The notes: generated from the letters alone by a model not told the origin. A DNA stretch of 64,000 nt from the human T2T-CHM13v2.0 reference genome, Homo sapiens (GCF_009914755.1 NC_060936.1); one strand, 5' to 3'. Shown: positions 1 to 15,320, counted from the first letter of the stretch. Numbers and translations: made by a program.

Positions 1-984
1 TTATCATGAAGATTGCTTTTTATAGTAATAAAAAGTTTGCAAAAGTTCACATTTTCTTAGATTTTACCAACAAGAAATTTTATCTAAGTCATATTTGAAA
101 AGGAAGGTATGACGATTCAAAAGCATTTATTAACTACCAAGTAGAAAATAAAAATATCCAGGACTTCTTATGTTTTTCTCAGCATGTAAATTAGGTTTTC
201 AAGTCAACAATGACATTTAATCTCATTACAGAGTAGTACCATTTTGTAGGGTGAAACTTCATAAAATATAGAAAAAAACAAACTTTCTTTATACTACATG
301 CGAAAAGCACCAAGAACAACAGAAAATTAAGCAAAATAACAATATGTGGGTGAATCTATTGAATCCAGAAAGGCAAATGTTCCTATAAATTTTTTAGTAC
401 TTGATTATATAAAATACCTGATTTATTATGTTTGCTTATATATAAATACTGCATGAAAAATAATTGAACATTAAAGATTATTACAGTGAAGTAATATGCA
501 TTTAAGTCCTACGCACTTACAGAAACTTACACATTTATGCCTGTGCGTTTAAATCTTAATTAATTGCCCTAATGGAAAAAAAATTCATAGGCTGCACAGG
601 TGCTTGTCCTATTTCTCTCCCCTTCATTTTGTTCCTCTCCTTTCCTCTTTACTTCTTCCTTTTTTCTTGGCTAATTTTTCTGACAATTGTTTGGTGGTGG
701 TATTTTCAATAGAAAAGCGGACCAAAGGAGTCAAGTGAGAAGAAATAAAGGTCCTGGATAGTTTAGAAACCAAGTAATCAATACCAAAATAATCAATAAC
801 CAAGACATGGCTGTATTATAAGAATTAGATATAAATATAAAAACATATTTCATTATTATTAAAATAATTCATTTTAAGTACGAATGTAATCCTATGGCTG
901 TAAGAAAGAAACAGAACACTTTAGACATTAAGTTTCCACAGATGAATTTTTTTTAATTAATATAAAAAATTTTATTCGTCTTAT

Positions 985-1806
985 TCTTTTTTTTCTATTT
1001 AATTTTTATTTTAGGTTCAGGCGTACATGTGCAGGTTTGTTCTGCAGGTAAACTCGTGTCATGGGAGTTTGGTGCACAGATTATTTCGTTACCCAGGTAC
1101 TAAGTATGTTACCCCATATTTGTTTTTTTCTGATCCTCTCCCTCCTCCCACCATCCACCCTCAAGTAGGCCCAGGTGTCTTTTACTTGGTGTGTCTATGT
1201 ATTCTTGTTATCTAGCTCCCACATACAAGTGAGAACATGCAGTATTTGGTTTTCTGTTCCTGCATTAGTTTGCTAAGGATAATGGCCTCTAGCTCCATTC
1301 ATGTTGTTGAAAGAACATGATCTTATTCTTTTTATGACTACATAATATTCCATAGTATATATGTACCACCATTTTCTTTATCTAGTCTGTCACTGATGGG
1401 CATTTAGGTTGGTTCCATGTCTTTGTTACTTTAAATAGTGCTGCAGTGAACATACACATGCATGTGTCTTTATAGAACAATTTATATTCCTTTGGGTATA
1501 TGCCCAATAATGGGGTTGCTGGGATGAATGCCAATTCTGTTTTTAGTTCTTTGAGGAATTGCCACACTGCTTTCCACAGTGGCTGAGCTAATTTACACTC
1601 CCACCAGCAGTGTGTAAACATTCCCCTTTCTCCACAACCTCATCAGCATCTATTATTTTTTTTATTTTTTAGCAATAGCCATTCTGACTGATGTGAGATG
1701 GTATCTCATCATGGTTCTGATGTGCATTTCTCTAACGATTAGTGATGTTGGGCATTTCTTCATATGTTTGTTGGCTACCTGTATGTCTTCTTTTGAAAAG
1801 TGTCTA
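985..1806 (-). mobile_element. L1PA (old, PA13-16-like) 3' fragment
   Basis: L1 3'UTR and ORF2 C-terminus remnant (HCWWECKL...WNQPKCP). Confidence 0.8.
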
Positions 1807-3407
1807 TGAACTTCTTTTTCTAATTCCTAAAAACATCTAGCTTTTAATATTGTTATGTTCCTAGGTTTTAAAATTTATCTCAGTGGAAAATTCTGGAAAT
1901 TTGACAAATTGTGCAGTCCTAAAACTTTTTCTTGCCATTTTCTCCTGAAGTGACTTGGTCACTAAAATATCCATGACCAATTACTGGACCCTAGAGGAGA
2001 TCCCAGATATACCTGATATATAGAAATCTCAATCAAGGAAAAGATAAATATTTATGCTTTGATTTATTTGTTAATTTAAAGGAAATATTGCATGTCTAAT
2101 CCATATCAGGAAACATTTAGGTATTGAGGAGCAAATAGCACCTCATAAAGCTTACACTCTAGTTGAAAGAGGCAAAAAATAAATTAACAACATAGTAAAG
2201 ATAAAATTTCAGGTATCTTTAGGTGCTTCAATACCAATTCAACCAAGAGACAAAAAAAAATATGATTCTACCTACCAGAATGACTAAAATTACAAAGAGC
2301 AATAATACCTACTGGTACAATCACTTTGAAAACCAATCTGGCAAATTTTAAATTAGACATGCATCTACCCTATGACATTGCAGTTCCACCCCTAGGTATT
2401 TATCTAAGAGAAGGAAAATATACATTCACAAGAAAACTGGTATAAGTTCATAGCAAAACAAATATATAGACTGATGAACTGCAATAGAGACCCCAGATAT
2501 AAACCCTTGTGTATATGATCAAATGATTTTTGACAAGAGTGCCAAGACCACTCAATATAGAAAGACTAACTCAAAATGAGTTACAAATCTAAAAGACCCA
2601 AGATATTAAAACTCCTAGAAGAAAACATAGAGAAAGTGTTTCATAACATTGGATTTGGCAGTGATTTATTGGATATGGCATCAAAAGCACAGGCAACAAA
2701 AGCAAAAATAGACAAATGGGACTACATCAAACTTAAAAAATTATTGTTCAAAGGACACAATCGACAAAGCAAAAAAGCAGCCTATGGATTAGGAGAAAAT
2801 ATTTACAAACTATATATCTGATAAGGAATTAATATCTAGAATATAAAAAAATTCCTGCAACTCAACAACAGGAAAACAAACAACCTGATTAAAAATGAGT
2901 AAAGACTTGCATAAACACTTTCCCAAATACATTATACAAATTATCAACACACATATGAAAAGATGCTCAGCACAATTAATCATTAAAGAAATGCAAATCA
3001 AAACCACAATATCACTTCACACCCATAAGAATGGCTACTATTAAACACACACAAAACAGAGAGAAAGAGAGAATAACAAATGTTGACAAGTATGTGGAGA
3101 AATTGGAAACCTTATGCACTGTTGGTAGTGTTGTAAAATGGTATAACCACTACGGAAAACAATATGGATGTTCCTTAAGAAATAAAAATAGAACTACCAT
3201 ATGATCCAGCAATCCTACTGGGGTAAATATCCAAAAACAATGAAAGCAGGGTCTTGAAGAGCTATTTGTACACCCAGGTTCATTGCAGTATTATTTACAA
3301 TAGCTAAGAAGTAGAAGCAACCCAAATGTCCATTGACAAAGGAATGAATAAACAAAATGTAGTATACACATACAATGAAATATTATTCAGTATATAAAAG
3401 GAAAGAA

Positions 3408-3596
3408 GGCATGTGTGGTGGCATGCACCTGTAGTTCCAGCCACTCTGGAGGCTGAGGTGGGAGGATCACTTGAGCCTCCAAGTTTGAAGCTACAGTGAG
3501 CTATGATATACCACTGCACTCCAGCTTGGGTAAGAATGAGATTCCACCTCTAAAACAAACAAACAAAAACAACAACAACAACAACAACAAAAAAAA
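3408..3596 (+). mobile_element. Alu monomer (FRAM/AluJ right-arm type) with (CAA)n tail
   Basis: Single Alu arm followed by an A/CAA tail. Confidence 0.8.
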
Positions 3597-3872
3597 GGAA
3601 GGACATGCTGTGACATATGACAACATGAATGAACCTTGAAGTTATCATGCTAAGTCAAATAAGCCAGTTTTTTTTTTTAAATCCTGTATGATATTACTTA
3701 AATGAGATACTTAAAATAGTAAAATTCACTGAAACAAAAAGTATACTGGTGGTTACCAGAGGATAGAGAAAGGGAAAATGGGGAGTTGTGAATGTATATA
3801 GTCTCAGTTTGCAAGATGAAAAAGTCCTGGAGATCTGTTGCATAACAATGTGAATATACTTAACACTACTGA

Positions 3873-4212
<340 letters not shown>

Positions 4213-4339
4213 ACCTTTTTTTTTTTTTTTTTACCACAATTAAAAAATGTTTCAAACAATGTTTATAGCACTTTTATTCATAATAGTAAAACCTAAAAAC
4301 AACCCAAATGTCTGTCCACAGGAGAAAACTAGAAAGGAC

Positions 4340-4700
4340 AAGAACTAAGTTTCACAAAGGGTAGAACAGTGGTTGTCAGGAGCTGGGGAGTGAGGGAAAC
4401 GAGGAGAGGCTGGTCAGACATACAAACTTCTAGTTATAAGATGAATAATGTCTGGGAATTGAATGTACAGCATAGTGACTATAATTAATAATACTGTCTT
4501 ATTTAATGGAAATTTGCTAAGAGAATAGCTTTTATGTGTTTTCACCACACACATACAAATTGGTAACTCTGTGAGGTGATGATGTGTTAATTTGATTGTG
4601 GTAATCATTTTGCATGTATACATATATCAATCATCATGATGTATACCTTGAATATATACAGTTTTTATCAATGAATTATACATCAATAAAGCTGGGGTGG
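4340..4700 (+). mobile_element. L1MA/MB 3'UTR fragment
   Basis: Typical L1M 3' end (cagcatagtgactataattaataatactg...). Confidence 0.65.
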
Positions 4701-5164
4701 GGGAAGTGATAATGAACAAAGCTTCAGCAAGAGATGCTTTCCTTGTCCATACGTGGCATCCTATTCTGGGAAAGGCTGACTATGCTAGCTGATGTAGCAG
4801 CACTGGATATGATTTGCAATGTGGTACTACAAGCGGCCCTCATCTAAGAAGAGAAAAGCCTTCTCCACACTCCTCAAAAGAAAGCATCCCTCTTGTCAAG
4901 TAATTTACCACTTGTCTCTAGCAGAAGAACAAATCCCATCTTATCTTCTACTGCCTGTTAATATCGCACTGCCTGCAGAATCTCCCAAAGTCTGTCTGGC
5001 CTAAGTGCTAAGAAATTATATATCTCAATGGCTAACAATAATAAGTAAAAAACAACACAATTCAATTAAGAAAGCACTATGGTTTGAAGAAATCAGGCTG
5101 ACAGAGACTAAACTAGAATAGATGGTTTCTGTGCAAACTAAAATAATGAAAGACTGCCACATTA

Positions 5165-5600
5165 TTCATAATCCTAAATGCCCATCGATGACAGAATGGA
5201 TAAAGAAAACGTGGTATATATACACCATGGAATTCTATGCAGCCATAAAAAGGAACGAGGTATCTTTTGGAGGACATGGATGAAGCTGGAGGCCATTATC
5301 CTTAACAATCTAATGCAGGAATGGAAAACCAAATACTGCATGTTCTCACTTACAAGTGGAAGCTAAATGATGAGAACTCAAGTTCACAAAGAGTGGAACA
5401 ACAGACACTAGGGCCTACTTGAGAGTGGAGGGTGAGAGGAGGGAGAGGAGCAGAAAAAAAATAATTATTGGGTACTGGGCTTAGTACCTGGGTGATGAAA
5501 TAATCTGTTCGACAAACCCCTGTGACACAGGTTTACCTACATAACAAACTGGCACATGTACCCCAAACCTAAAATAAAAGCTAAAAAATAAAATAAAATG
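5165..5600 (+). mobile_element. Old L1PA 3' fragment
   Basis: ORF2 end (WMKLEAIIL...MFSLTSGS), 3'UTR and A-rich tail. Confidence 0.8.
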
Positions 5601-6034
5601 ATGAAAGAAACAGTTTCTGTCTGAAATGAGAACACTGAAGGAGATGATAATTAGATCACAGAAAAAAAGTCTGCAATAAAAAAGCATAAATTTTTAAAGA
5701 ATATTATTATCATTATCATTGAAACATTTAATAACACCAAATAAGATAGGTGCTATTGTTAATCTCATTTTACAGATGAGGAATCTACAACATACAGAGC
5801 TTAAGAAACTCACACAGTTGCTAAGTAATGGAAGTAGAAATAAAAACAAATAAAAGGAACAAAACTAAACAGATCATTTACCATGATAAAACTGAATGGG
5901 TTGAATTTGTCCACCAAAAAACAGAAACTTTATAGAAATGAGTTAATGAACAAAATCTAGCCATATGTTAACTAATCAGTAGCATGGCTGGGATTCAAAT
6001 CCTGGGGACCTGGTTCAGAGTGTTTTCTTAATTA

Positions 6035-6293
6035 AAATTTTTTTATTATTAAAAAATATTTTATAGGTACATAGCAGGTATATATATTTATGGGGTACAT
6101 GAGATATTTTGATAGAGGCATATAGTACATAATAACATCAGGGTAAATGGGGTATAAATCATCTCAAGCATTTCTCCTTTCCTTGTGTTGCAAATAATCC
6201 AATTATACTCTTTTAGTTATTTTGAAATGTACAATAAATTATTGCTGACTGTAGTCACCTTGTTGTACTAGACTTTATTCATTCTATCTAACT
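6035..6293 (-). mobile_element. L1MA 3' terminal fragment
   Basis: ggtacatagcaggtatatatatttatggggtacatgag, an L1MA1-4-type end. Confidence 0.7.
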
Positions 6294-6680
6294 AGGTATT
6301 AAGCCCAGCATGCATTAGCTAGTTTTCCTGAAGTTCTCCCTCCCCCAACCCTGACAGGCCCCAGTGTGTGTTTTTCCCCTCCCTGTGTCCATGTGTTCTC
6401 ATTGTTCAACTCCCACTTATAAATATTGAGAACATAAGTTGTTCGGTTTTCTCTTCCTGAGTTAGTTTGCTGAGGATAATGGCTTCCAACTGTACCTATG
6501 TTCCTGCAAAGGACATGATCTCGTTCCTTTTTATGGCTGCATAGTAGTCCATGGTGTATATGTACCATATTTTCTCTTTCCAGTCTATCATTGATTGGCA
6601 TTTGTTGATTCCATGTCTTTGCTATTGGAAATAGTGCTGCGATGAATATATGTGTGCATTTATCTTTATAATAGAATGAC
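6292..6680 (-). mobile_element. L1PA8-like fragment lacking its extreme 3' end
   Basis: ctaggtattaagcccagcatgcattagc 3'UTR plus ORF2 C-terminus. Confidence 0.72.
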
Positions 6681-8319
6681 ACAGGGACTCTGCTTGACAA
6701 TGACGTTTAAAAACAAAAGGAAAGAGAACCAAAATTTAACAACAAATTTTGGTTGTTGTTATTGATATTGTTATCAATATAAATATTGATAATGTTATCA
6801 ATACAGATCTCAGGGGTTTAATTTCATCAGCAATGGAATCAACCATAAGAGAACATTCTATACAACTCTTTGGCAAAGTAATTGAACAATTTAGAAGAGA
6901 TCTATAATTTCTTACTTGAACACACAACAGTGTTAATAAATGTTGTCACTGTAAGTAAGGAAAGTGAGAAAATTAAATCCAACATAGTTTTTAAAATATA
7001 GTTAAAAACTAAAATAAAAATATATGTCATATATGGGTATAATAACATCACGTAAGAAGAAGAAAGCAAGGAGATGACAAACATGGAATTAAGAATGCTG
7101 GTTGCTTCAGGTAAGGGGAGGCAAGTGAACAAAATGGGTGACGGAAGTGAAATTATGTGGTTGCATTTGGGTTGTTATCCAGGTCTTATATATTGTATTG
7201 GGTCATATATTCATCAATATGTGTTATATTATTAATAAGTTCTTAGTAAATAGTAATATACCAAACTGACTGCTATAAAAGCAATATGCTGGCTCTCATC
7301 ACTATCATATAAAATTGTTTTGGTAATACTAGCTAAAGCAATAAGAAAATAAAATGAAATAAACAGTATGAATATTAGGAAGAAAATTTTTTCATTGTTC
7401 TGATTTTATTTTGTAGATGAAAGCCTTGCATAACTGAAAATCCCAGGAGACTAAATAAGAAACCAATTAAGACAATAATCCTCAATAGAGAAGTAGTTGA
7501 ATAATGTAATGTTAGGCAGTTGTTAAATGAATGAATTAGGTCTATAAATTTTGATATGGAAGGATGTCCAGAATGCATTTTTAAGTAAAAATATAAATGG
7601 TGTGTGTAGTTTAATCCCAGTTTTGTAAAAACAAACTCTTCCAAATATACAAGTACTCATAAAATTTGTATAATGAGCCTAAAAGGTATACACCCCAAAC
7701 ATTTAACAGTAAGTGAGACAGAAGACAGAGACAGTAAAACTATTACATGCTTTCTTTAACATCTCGGTGCCCTTTAAATTATTACAATGAGCTTATTTTA
7801 TTACTGTAATTTTAAATTTAAATTATTATTTTTAAAAACAGCATATATTACTATTTTCTTGGCTAAATATCTAATCTCATTACTTTTTTTTTTTGTATTT
7901 ATACCTAAGTGGTGTTACAAATGTTGATACAATTCCTTACCTTTCCAAATACCCTACATAAATGGCCACTATTCAAAGCACATTGGCCAGTTCAATTACA
8001 TCATTTCTATGTAATACATCCCTTTCTATTTAGGTCCCATTGAGTCAAATGTTAAAATACTGTGTTGTCTTTTATTAATAACAAGCGTATTAAGACCCAA
8101 AACTAATTTAGACCAAACCAAAATACAAAATCACGCACACCATGCAACAATGATAATCTGCCCACTAGAGCATAAAACACTTGAAAATTACAAACATTGA
8201 ATATCTCTTATAACAGCATGGTGTATTCTAGAATGCAAGGAGGATGTTAAAATAATAATAAGAATATAAACTACTAGAAAATTACTGTTAAATAATAATA
8301 TAATTAGAATCCCATAATT

Positions 8320-8930
8320 CTACTTGGATGTCCTACTGGCACCTCATATTTAAACATGCAAAGCTGAATTCATCATTTTCTTCTCCCATACAAAGTTTAT
8401 CTTTCTATTAATGTGAGAAATAGTCTCCCGATACCTATAACTGATATTCAAAACTGAACATTACCATTGGGCTCCTCCTATCCCTCCTTCACCCTTTGTA
8501 TCTAGTCACCAAGTTTGGCCATTTCTCCTTCAAAATGCTCCTTGTATTGCTTCTCCTGCAGAGTCCTTGCCTCCAAACTCATTCAGGTCCTTCTCACCTC
8601 AGAACATTATTAGAATAATGAATACAAAATTAGACACGGAGTCTCCCAAATGTTCCCGCTGTCTTCAATCTCTTGTCCCTCCCATTCATCCTTCATTTAT
8701 GTCCAAAAAGATTCATTTTTAGAAACATTCCTTTTATCTCATCCCTATTTAGGATGAGATATAATGGATCCTCACTGCCCATAAGATAAAATCTAAGCCT
8801 CTCCCTACTAGCCCACCCCTAAACACAGTCACCACCACCAAGCTATAAATTCCCTAAAGACTGAGAACACTGTTGGGCAATATGTTCTGCCTTTTATAAG
8901 TGCTCAGTAAATGTTCGTGGAAAGAAAGAA
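8320..8930 (+). mobile_element. L2 remnants
   Basis: tctacttggatgtcc...cacctcatatttaaacatg and 3' end gtgctcagtaaatgttcgtgg. Approximate. Confidence 0.5.
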
Positions 8931-9479
8931 AAAGGATTAGGTTGAAGAAAGGCAGGATAATGGAGGAGAGAGATAGAAAGAAGAAAGGTAGTGAGAGAGG
9001 GAAATGAAAGAAAAGAATATATTGAAGAGCAAGACAAAAGAGTTTATCAGGCCAGATCTTCAGGGTAGGAACAATAATTGTGATGTACAATAGGAACAAT
9101 TCAAAGACAGATATGTGCTCTTTGATTTGCCTAAAATTAAGTACAATGTTAATTCTGATGTCTGTACACAGGCTAGAATTGATATAATGCTCTATATTTG
9201 ACCAGATAAGGAAACACGTTTTACACTTCTTCACTAACATGCAACAATCCATTTTTTAAATGAGGACATAAAAGTGAAATAATACTTGTTCTAGACTTAA
9301 CATCTCAAACAACTTGCTGAATGTGCAACAGATCAAATACCTGGGTGACCCTTGAGATAAAGTGTGACCATATCAGATGTATTGTGAAATCTCACATTTT
9401 CTTATGATTTAAATTGTTTTCTGGATCTATTATATGCCCTATGTTGCCACACTATTGAGTTTTCTTATTAATACTATTA

Positions 9480-9865
9480 TCAATAACAATAAAGATATAA
9501 TACTGAGTGCTTATTACATATCAGGTACTCGTACACTTCACATATGTTATCTCATTTAGCATTAACAAAAACCCTATGAGGTAAGTACTATTATTATCGT
9601 CATTTTATATATGAGGATAATTTTTATATGATGATAATAATAATCATAATTTTATATAAGATAATATTTTATTATATATAAGGAAAGTGAGGAACAAGAA
9701 GGTTAAACTGCCTATTGTAATATAACTAATAAAATAAAATACCCTCATTTTATATATGAGGATAATAATTTTATATTTATATATGAGGATATTATTATTA
9801 TTATATCTAAGAAAAGTGAGGAACAGGAAGGTTAAACTGCCTATTGTAATATAACTAATAAAATA
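9480..9865 (-). mobile_element. MIR with internally duplicated core
   Basis: MIR motifs (accctatgaggtaagtactattatt...cattttat...gaggaaca.gaaggttaa). The core is present twice. Confidence 0.6.
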
Positions 9866-10945
9866 TAAACCTGAAATATATTTATTTTAAAAATTAGTAG
9901 TGTTTCATAACATAAAAGTGTATGAAAATCTACAGTCCTCTGTGATTTCTCAATATTATTAGAAATTTCAACCAGTACTTTAGAATTATGGCTTGCAGCT
10001 TATCAAATATTTTATAGTACTTTTTTCAAAGAGTTTCACGAGTTAATAATTGGGGCCCCAACTACTAATAATAAATTTGCAGAAGGTTATGAACTTGCCA
10101 GTGGCCAGCTGAAACTTGAAACAAATCATTACACCATCAGTCTTCCTTGCATCCCCTGAATCACTTACTATTATTGTGTACATTTTAAAACATAGAGACA
10201 TGTGACACAGATTAGGTGAAATTTCAACAGCCACCAACTGAATAAATGGCATAGCAAATATATGAATTCAGATTTCTCAGTATCAATTATTACAGCTGAA
10301 CTCCACATCACATGACTCTTCTAAAGGTTGAATGTGGTAATATATGAAGACTGTTGAGAATGTAGTAACCAGGGTCATGTTGGTAAATGTTGATTCCTAG
10401 AAGACTAAAAGACTAGCTACTCATGTTCACAAAAATATGCATTACAGAGGTCCTCCTTGCATTGTAGAAGCATAGAACTGAGACAAGATTTGGATATAAA
10501 GGCTTTTGGCTCTACTTAGAATAAAAACCTGAGACAAATCTGATACTGTCCTTTCATCTAGTGAACTTGAAGGAAAAAAGAAGGCACTAGAAACCCCCAA
10601 ATTACCCCCATTAATCCTACAGATATCAAAACATTCTACCTCCTCCCACTATGTGTACTAACAAGACAATGGAGCACACTGGTCAAGCGTCACAGAGTAA
10701 ATATTTTTTATTCTTCCACATTCTCAAGAAACCAACCCATAGGACTTGTTCTAAAGTATAAGACACACTTCCCTTAAAAGCTGCATGGAAGATTCCTGCA
10801 TACATTGGGAACTGAAAACAGGCACATGTTCATTCACAAACTCAAAGCCTTTTAAGATTTTTTTAATGGAAAGGAACATGCACACCTGCTGTCTCTTTAC
10901 AGCTTTTGGCATCTTAACGTCTACACTTGAAGAGCATTAAAACAA

Positions 10946-11539
10946 AGGGATCTAGAACTAGAAATACCATTTTGACCCAGCCATTCTATTACTGGGTATA
11001 TACCCAAAGGATTATAAAACATGCTGCTATAAAAACACATGTACACGTATGTTTATTGCGGCACTATTCACAGTAGCAAAGACTTGGAACCAACCCAAAT
11101 GTCCAACAATGATAGACTGGATTAAGAAAATATGGCACATATACACCATGGAATACTATGCAGCCATAAAAAATGATGAGTTCATGTCCTTTGTAGGAAC
11201 ATGAATGAAGCTGGAAACCATCATTCTCAGCAAACTATTGCAAGGACAAAAAAACAAACACCGCATGTTCTCACTCATAGGTAGGAATTGAACAATGAGA
11301 ACACATAGACACAGGAAGGGGAACATCACACCCCCAGGCCTGTTGCGGGTGAGGGGAGGGGGGAGGGATAGCATTAGGAGATATACCTAATGTTAAATGA
11401 CGAGTTAATGGGTGCAGCACACCAACATGGCACATGTATACATATGTAACTAACCTGCAGGTTGTGCACAGGTACCCTAAAACTTAAAGTATAATTTTAA
11501 AAAAAAGAGAGAATAAACTCTAAAAAAAAAAAAAAAAAA
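10946..11539 (+). mobile_element. L1PA4/5-like 5'-truncated 3' end with bipartite tail
   Basis: High similarity to the L1PA 3' end (aatgttaaatgacgagttaatggg). Tail is A8-gagagaataaactct-A18. Confidence 0.85.
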
Positions 11540-11543
11540 GTGA

Positions 11544-12094
<551 letters not shown>

Positions 12095-14171
12095 CTAATG
12101 TCAGATTTAGATGGATTATTATATGTATAGCATTGTGATATTCCAAACTCTTCCTCTATTATTTCTTGAAAAGATGTGCTTTTGAAAATCTTATATCAGT
12201 GAATTAAATATATACTCTAGCATTTGAACATATAAATGAAATGTATCATTTTGTTCTTTAAAGAAAAACCATGTGTTCAGAATTCATGCTGAATATCGAT
12301 ATCTACTGAGTGACTCTTGCAAATGTGTGAGGCTGCTGAAATTAGAACATGGCATAACGCTATTAAAATTCACAGTAATACATGATTCTACTACATTAAT
12401 CTTATCTTCCTATTTTCAGATGAGCCTTCATGGCACTCCATTTCCAAGCCATGTCCACTGACTATGATTTAACAGCAGACAACAAATAACTCCCTTTTGT
12501 TTTTCAAATTTTTATACAGGTTGTTTCTGAGCTAGATCAACCACAATCTCTAACTATCTGCTCCATGTGCATAAAATCATTCTAGAAATACCATTGAGAT
12601 AATTTTAAGTACTAAGAATTCTAAAATACTTTCCAAAATACAAAGGTAATTCAAAGTAACCATTTATAATTTTTAACTTCTCTATTTACTCCATCAATTC
12701 AAGTATTGATATAATACTATTTTCAACACCATTTTCAAATAATTTGATGAAATATTAGTATGAGCTTTTCCTTTTGTTATTAACTCTGTAATTTATGATG
12801 AATATTTGTTTAAAAAGTCATAATTCAGATATCTAAGATGTAAGCTAAGTTTACACTTTAACTCAATTCTAATGCTACTATTGCCAATTTTTTTATTAAT
12901 CTACATTTACTCCTCCTGGCTCTGTAATTTCTGAAAGAGCTTTTGACTGAAAACAACAGCATTCTCATATGAAATGTTCATCTAACCTTTTATATTTCCT
13001 TAAAAGATTTTGTAAAATAAGAAATATTTAAGATATTTTCCAAAGTAAATCTAGTGTTAAAAAACTTAGAGATGTAATTAAAAGATTGTCACTAAATGAA
13101 TATTAAATGTTAGAAACAAAAATTCTATGTGATATATTAATAGTACTTAATATGTTGATTATGGAATCAGTTTTATTCACATGGCTTTTGTCAGCTGTTA
13201 CTAAGTTCACTATTTTTAGATGTTGACAAAAGTAGGAAAAAATCAAACTTTAAAATTGTTTATAGATAGAACACTTATTTTCAAACAGGTATTTTATTTT
13301 ATGCTACATCCCAGAATTTAATAATTCACCATTTTTCAAATGAATGTTTAGTCGATCTTATTTAACACCAAGAAAAATCTAGTATCTGGATACAACTGAA
13401 TACATGCAAAAGAAATTGCAGACTGACAGGTCAGAGTGGGTAGGGAGCATCTCCCCCACCCCACCGCCCCACCGCCTTCAGTTTTCTGGCTCTCATTCAA
13501 GGGAGAAAACATTAGTCCTGAGGTCCAGTAGTCTGAGATGCTCGCCACATGAAACACTATATTTGTTTCCTGTCCTGGTGATGGCTCCAACTCACTCCAA
13601 CATATGACCTTTACAAATTACTGAACACATGCTAGGGCCAGCCAAAACCATGAACCATCCTCCTTTTGCAGTTTTCCCTTGCATTTGCACTCTGTGAATG
13701 CAGCCCAGTCAGACGTGTCAATGTCTTTAAAAATAGGGCTGCTTCTGAATGGTGCAATTCTGAATCAGATTCTAATTGCAAATAATTAGAATTACTGCTT
13801 CCTTTTCATAAGCAAAGCATCATGTGGCTAAGCAGCTCTCTACTAGAGCCAAAGATTCAAATTGACTTCACTAAGCATTTACAATTAAGTGGTTGGTAGA
13901 CCAAAGGAAAACTATAAAAGGAGCTACAGGGCTGATTAGTGATCTACTATTTTAGATAGAAAAAGTTGTATATCTTGCTCTCTACAAATCTATTTGTTTT
14001 CACTTATCTTCTTTACCTGGTGAGTAAATCTAAATGAGTATCAACTGTATAAAACAAAAATGATGTCCTTACAGAGCTTATATCGTATGGTCCATTATTT
14101 TAATCATTCCCTTCAATAGGCCCTCATCATCCTTGCTCTTCTTCTATCCAACACAAGAAAATTACAAACTA

Positions 14172-14218
14172 TGCACGTTGTGCACATGTACCCTAAAATT
14201 TAAAGTATAATTAAAAAA
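14172..14218 (+). mobile_element. 47-nt L1PA terminal micro-insertion
   Basis: tgcacgttgtgcacatgtaccctaaaatttaaagtataatt+A between perfect 17-bp TSDs aagaaaattacaaacta (14155-14171 and 14219-14235). Confidence 0.88.
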
Positions 14219-14299
14219 AAGAAAATTACAAACTAAATTTTTTACTCTTGAACATAGATGCAAAAATTCTAAAGATAACATTATCAAACCAAGACTGGC

Positions 14300-15320
14300 A
14301 AAAATATAAGGTAGACATGACATTTGAGAATCAATCACATTCATCACATTAACTTAATAAAAGGAAATATGTATATTTATATATCTATATAATCATCTTG
14401 GTACATGCAGGGAAAAAGCTGGATAAAATTCAACATCCATTCATAATAAAGATTCTTAGTAAACTAGAAATTTAGGAGAATTTCCTTAATCAGATAAAGG
14501 GTACCTAAGAAAAACCGACAACAAACATTATATGTATTAGAAAAGGTTGAAAGCTTTCATTCTAAAACTTGAAATGAGGCAAGGATTTTTGTTATTGCTA
14601 TTTCTAAGGACAGTTCTAGAAAATCTAGCCAACGTAACAAAACAAGAAAAATAAATAAAATATTGAAAGATTGGAAAGGAAGAAATAAACTGTCTACATG
14701 ATTACCAAGGTACAGAATCCAAAAGAATCAACAAATAAACCACTAGAGGACATAAATTTAGCAAGGTTGCTGAATATAGGGCCAATATTTTAAAATGCTT
14801 GCATTTTTATATAGAATAAACAAAACAGTTAGAAAATAAAATTTTTAAATGATATCATTTACAATACTGTCAAAAGAAAACCCACCAAATGCCCAAGAAG
14901 AAAACTAACGAAAGATGTGAAGACCTCCACAAAGAAATCTATTAAATATTATTTGGTAAATTAAAGAATAAATTGACGATATAACGTATTCATGGGTTAG
15001 AAAACACAATATTATAAAGATGTGATTTCACCACCACACTGATCTGTTGACTCAATGAAGTACAATAGATATCTCTTTTTTTCTTTTGGGAAACAAGATG
15101 ATTCTAAACTCTGTATGTAAAATTTAAAGGGTCAAGAATGGCTAAGAAAATCTTGAAGAAGAATGAAGTCAAAGGCTTCCTCCAACATATCAAGACTTAT
15201 AACAGAGCTATAATATCTCTAAAACAGTATGACATTGGCACAAATAGACCAATGGAAGAGAAATCAATGTCCAAAACAGATCTACAATATAGATACTTCT
15301 TGAATAAATGTTATATATGC
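14300..15320 (+). mobile_element. Old L1M ORF2 remnants
   Basis: Degenerate RT-region similarity (ggataaaattcaacatccattcataataaa; tttagcaaggttgctgaata). Confidence 0.6.

Noticed and set aside
9600-9865. CRISPR-like repeat-spacer array
   Set aside because: Only two degenerate units of MIR origin in human DNA, with no regular spacing.
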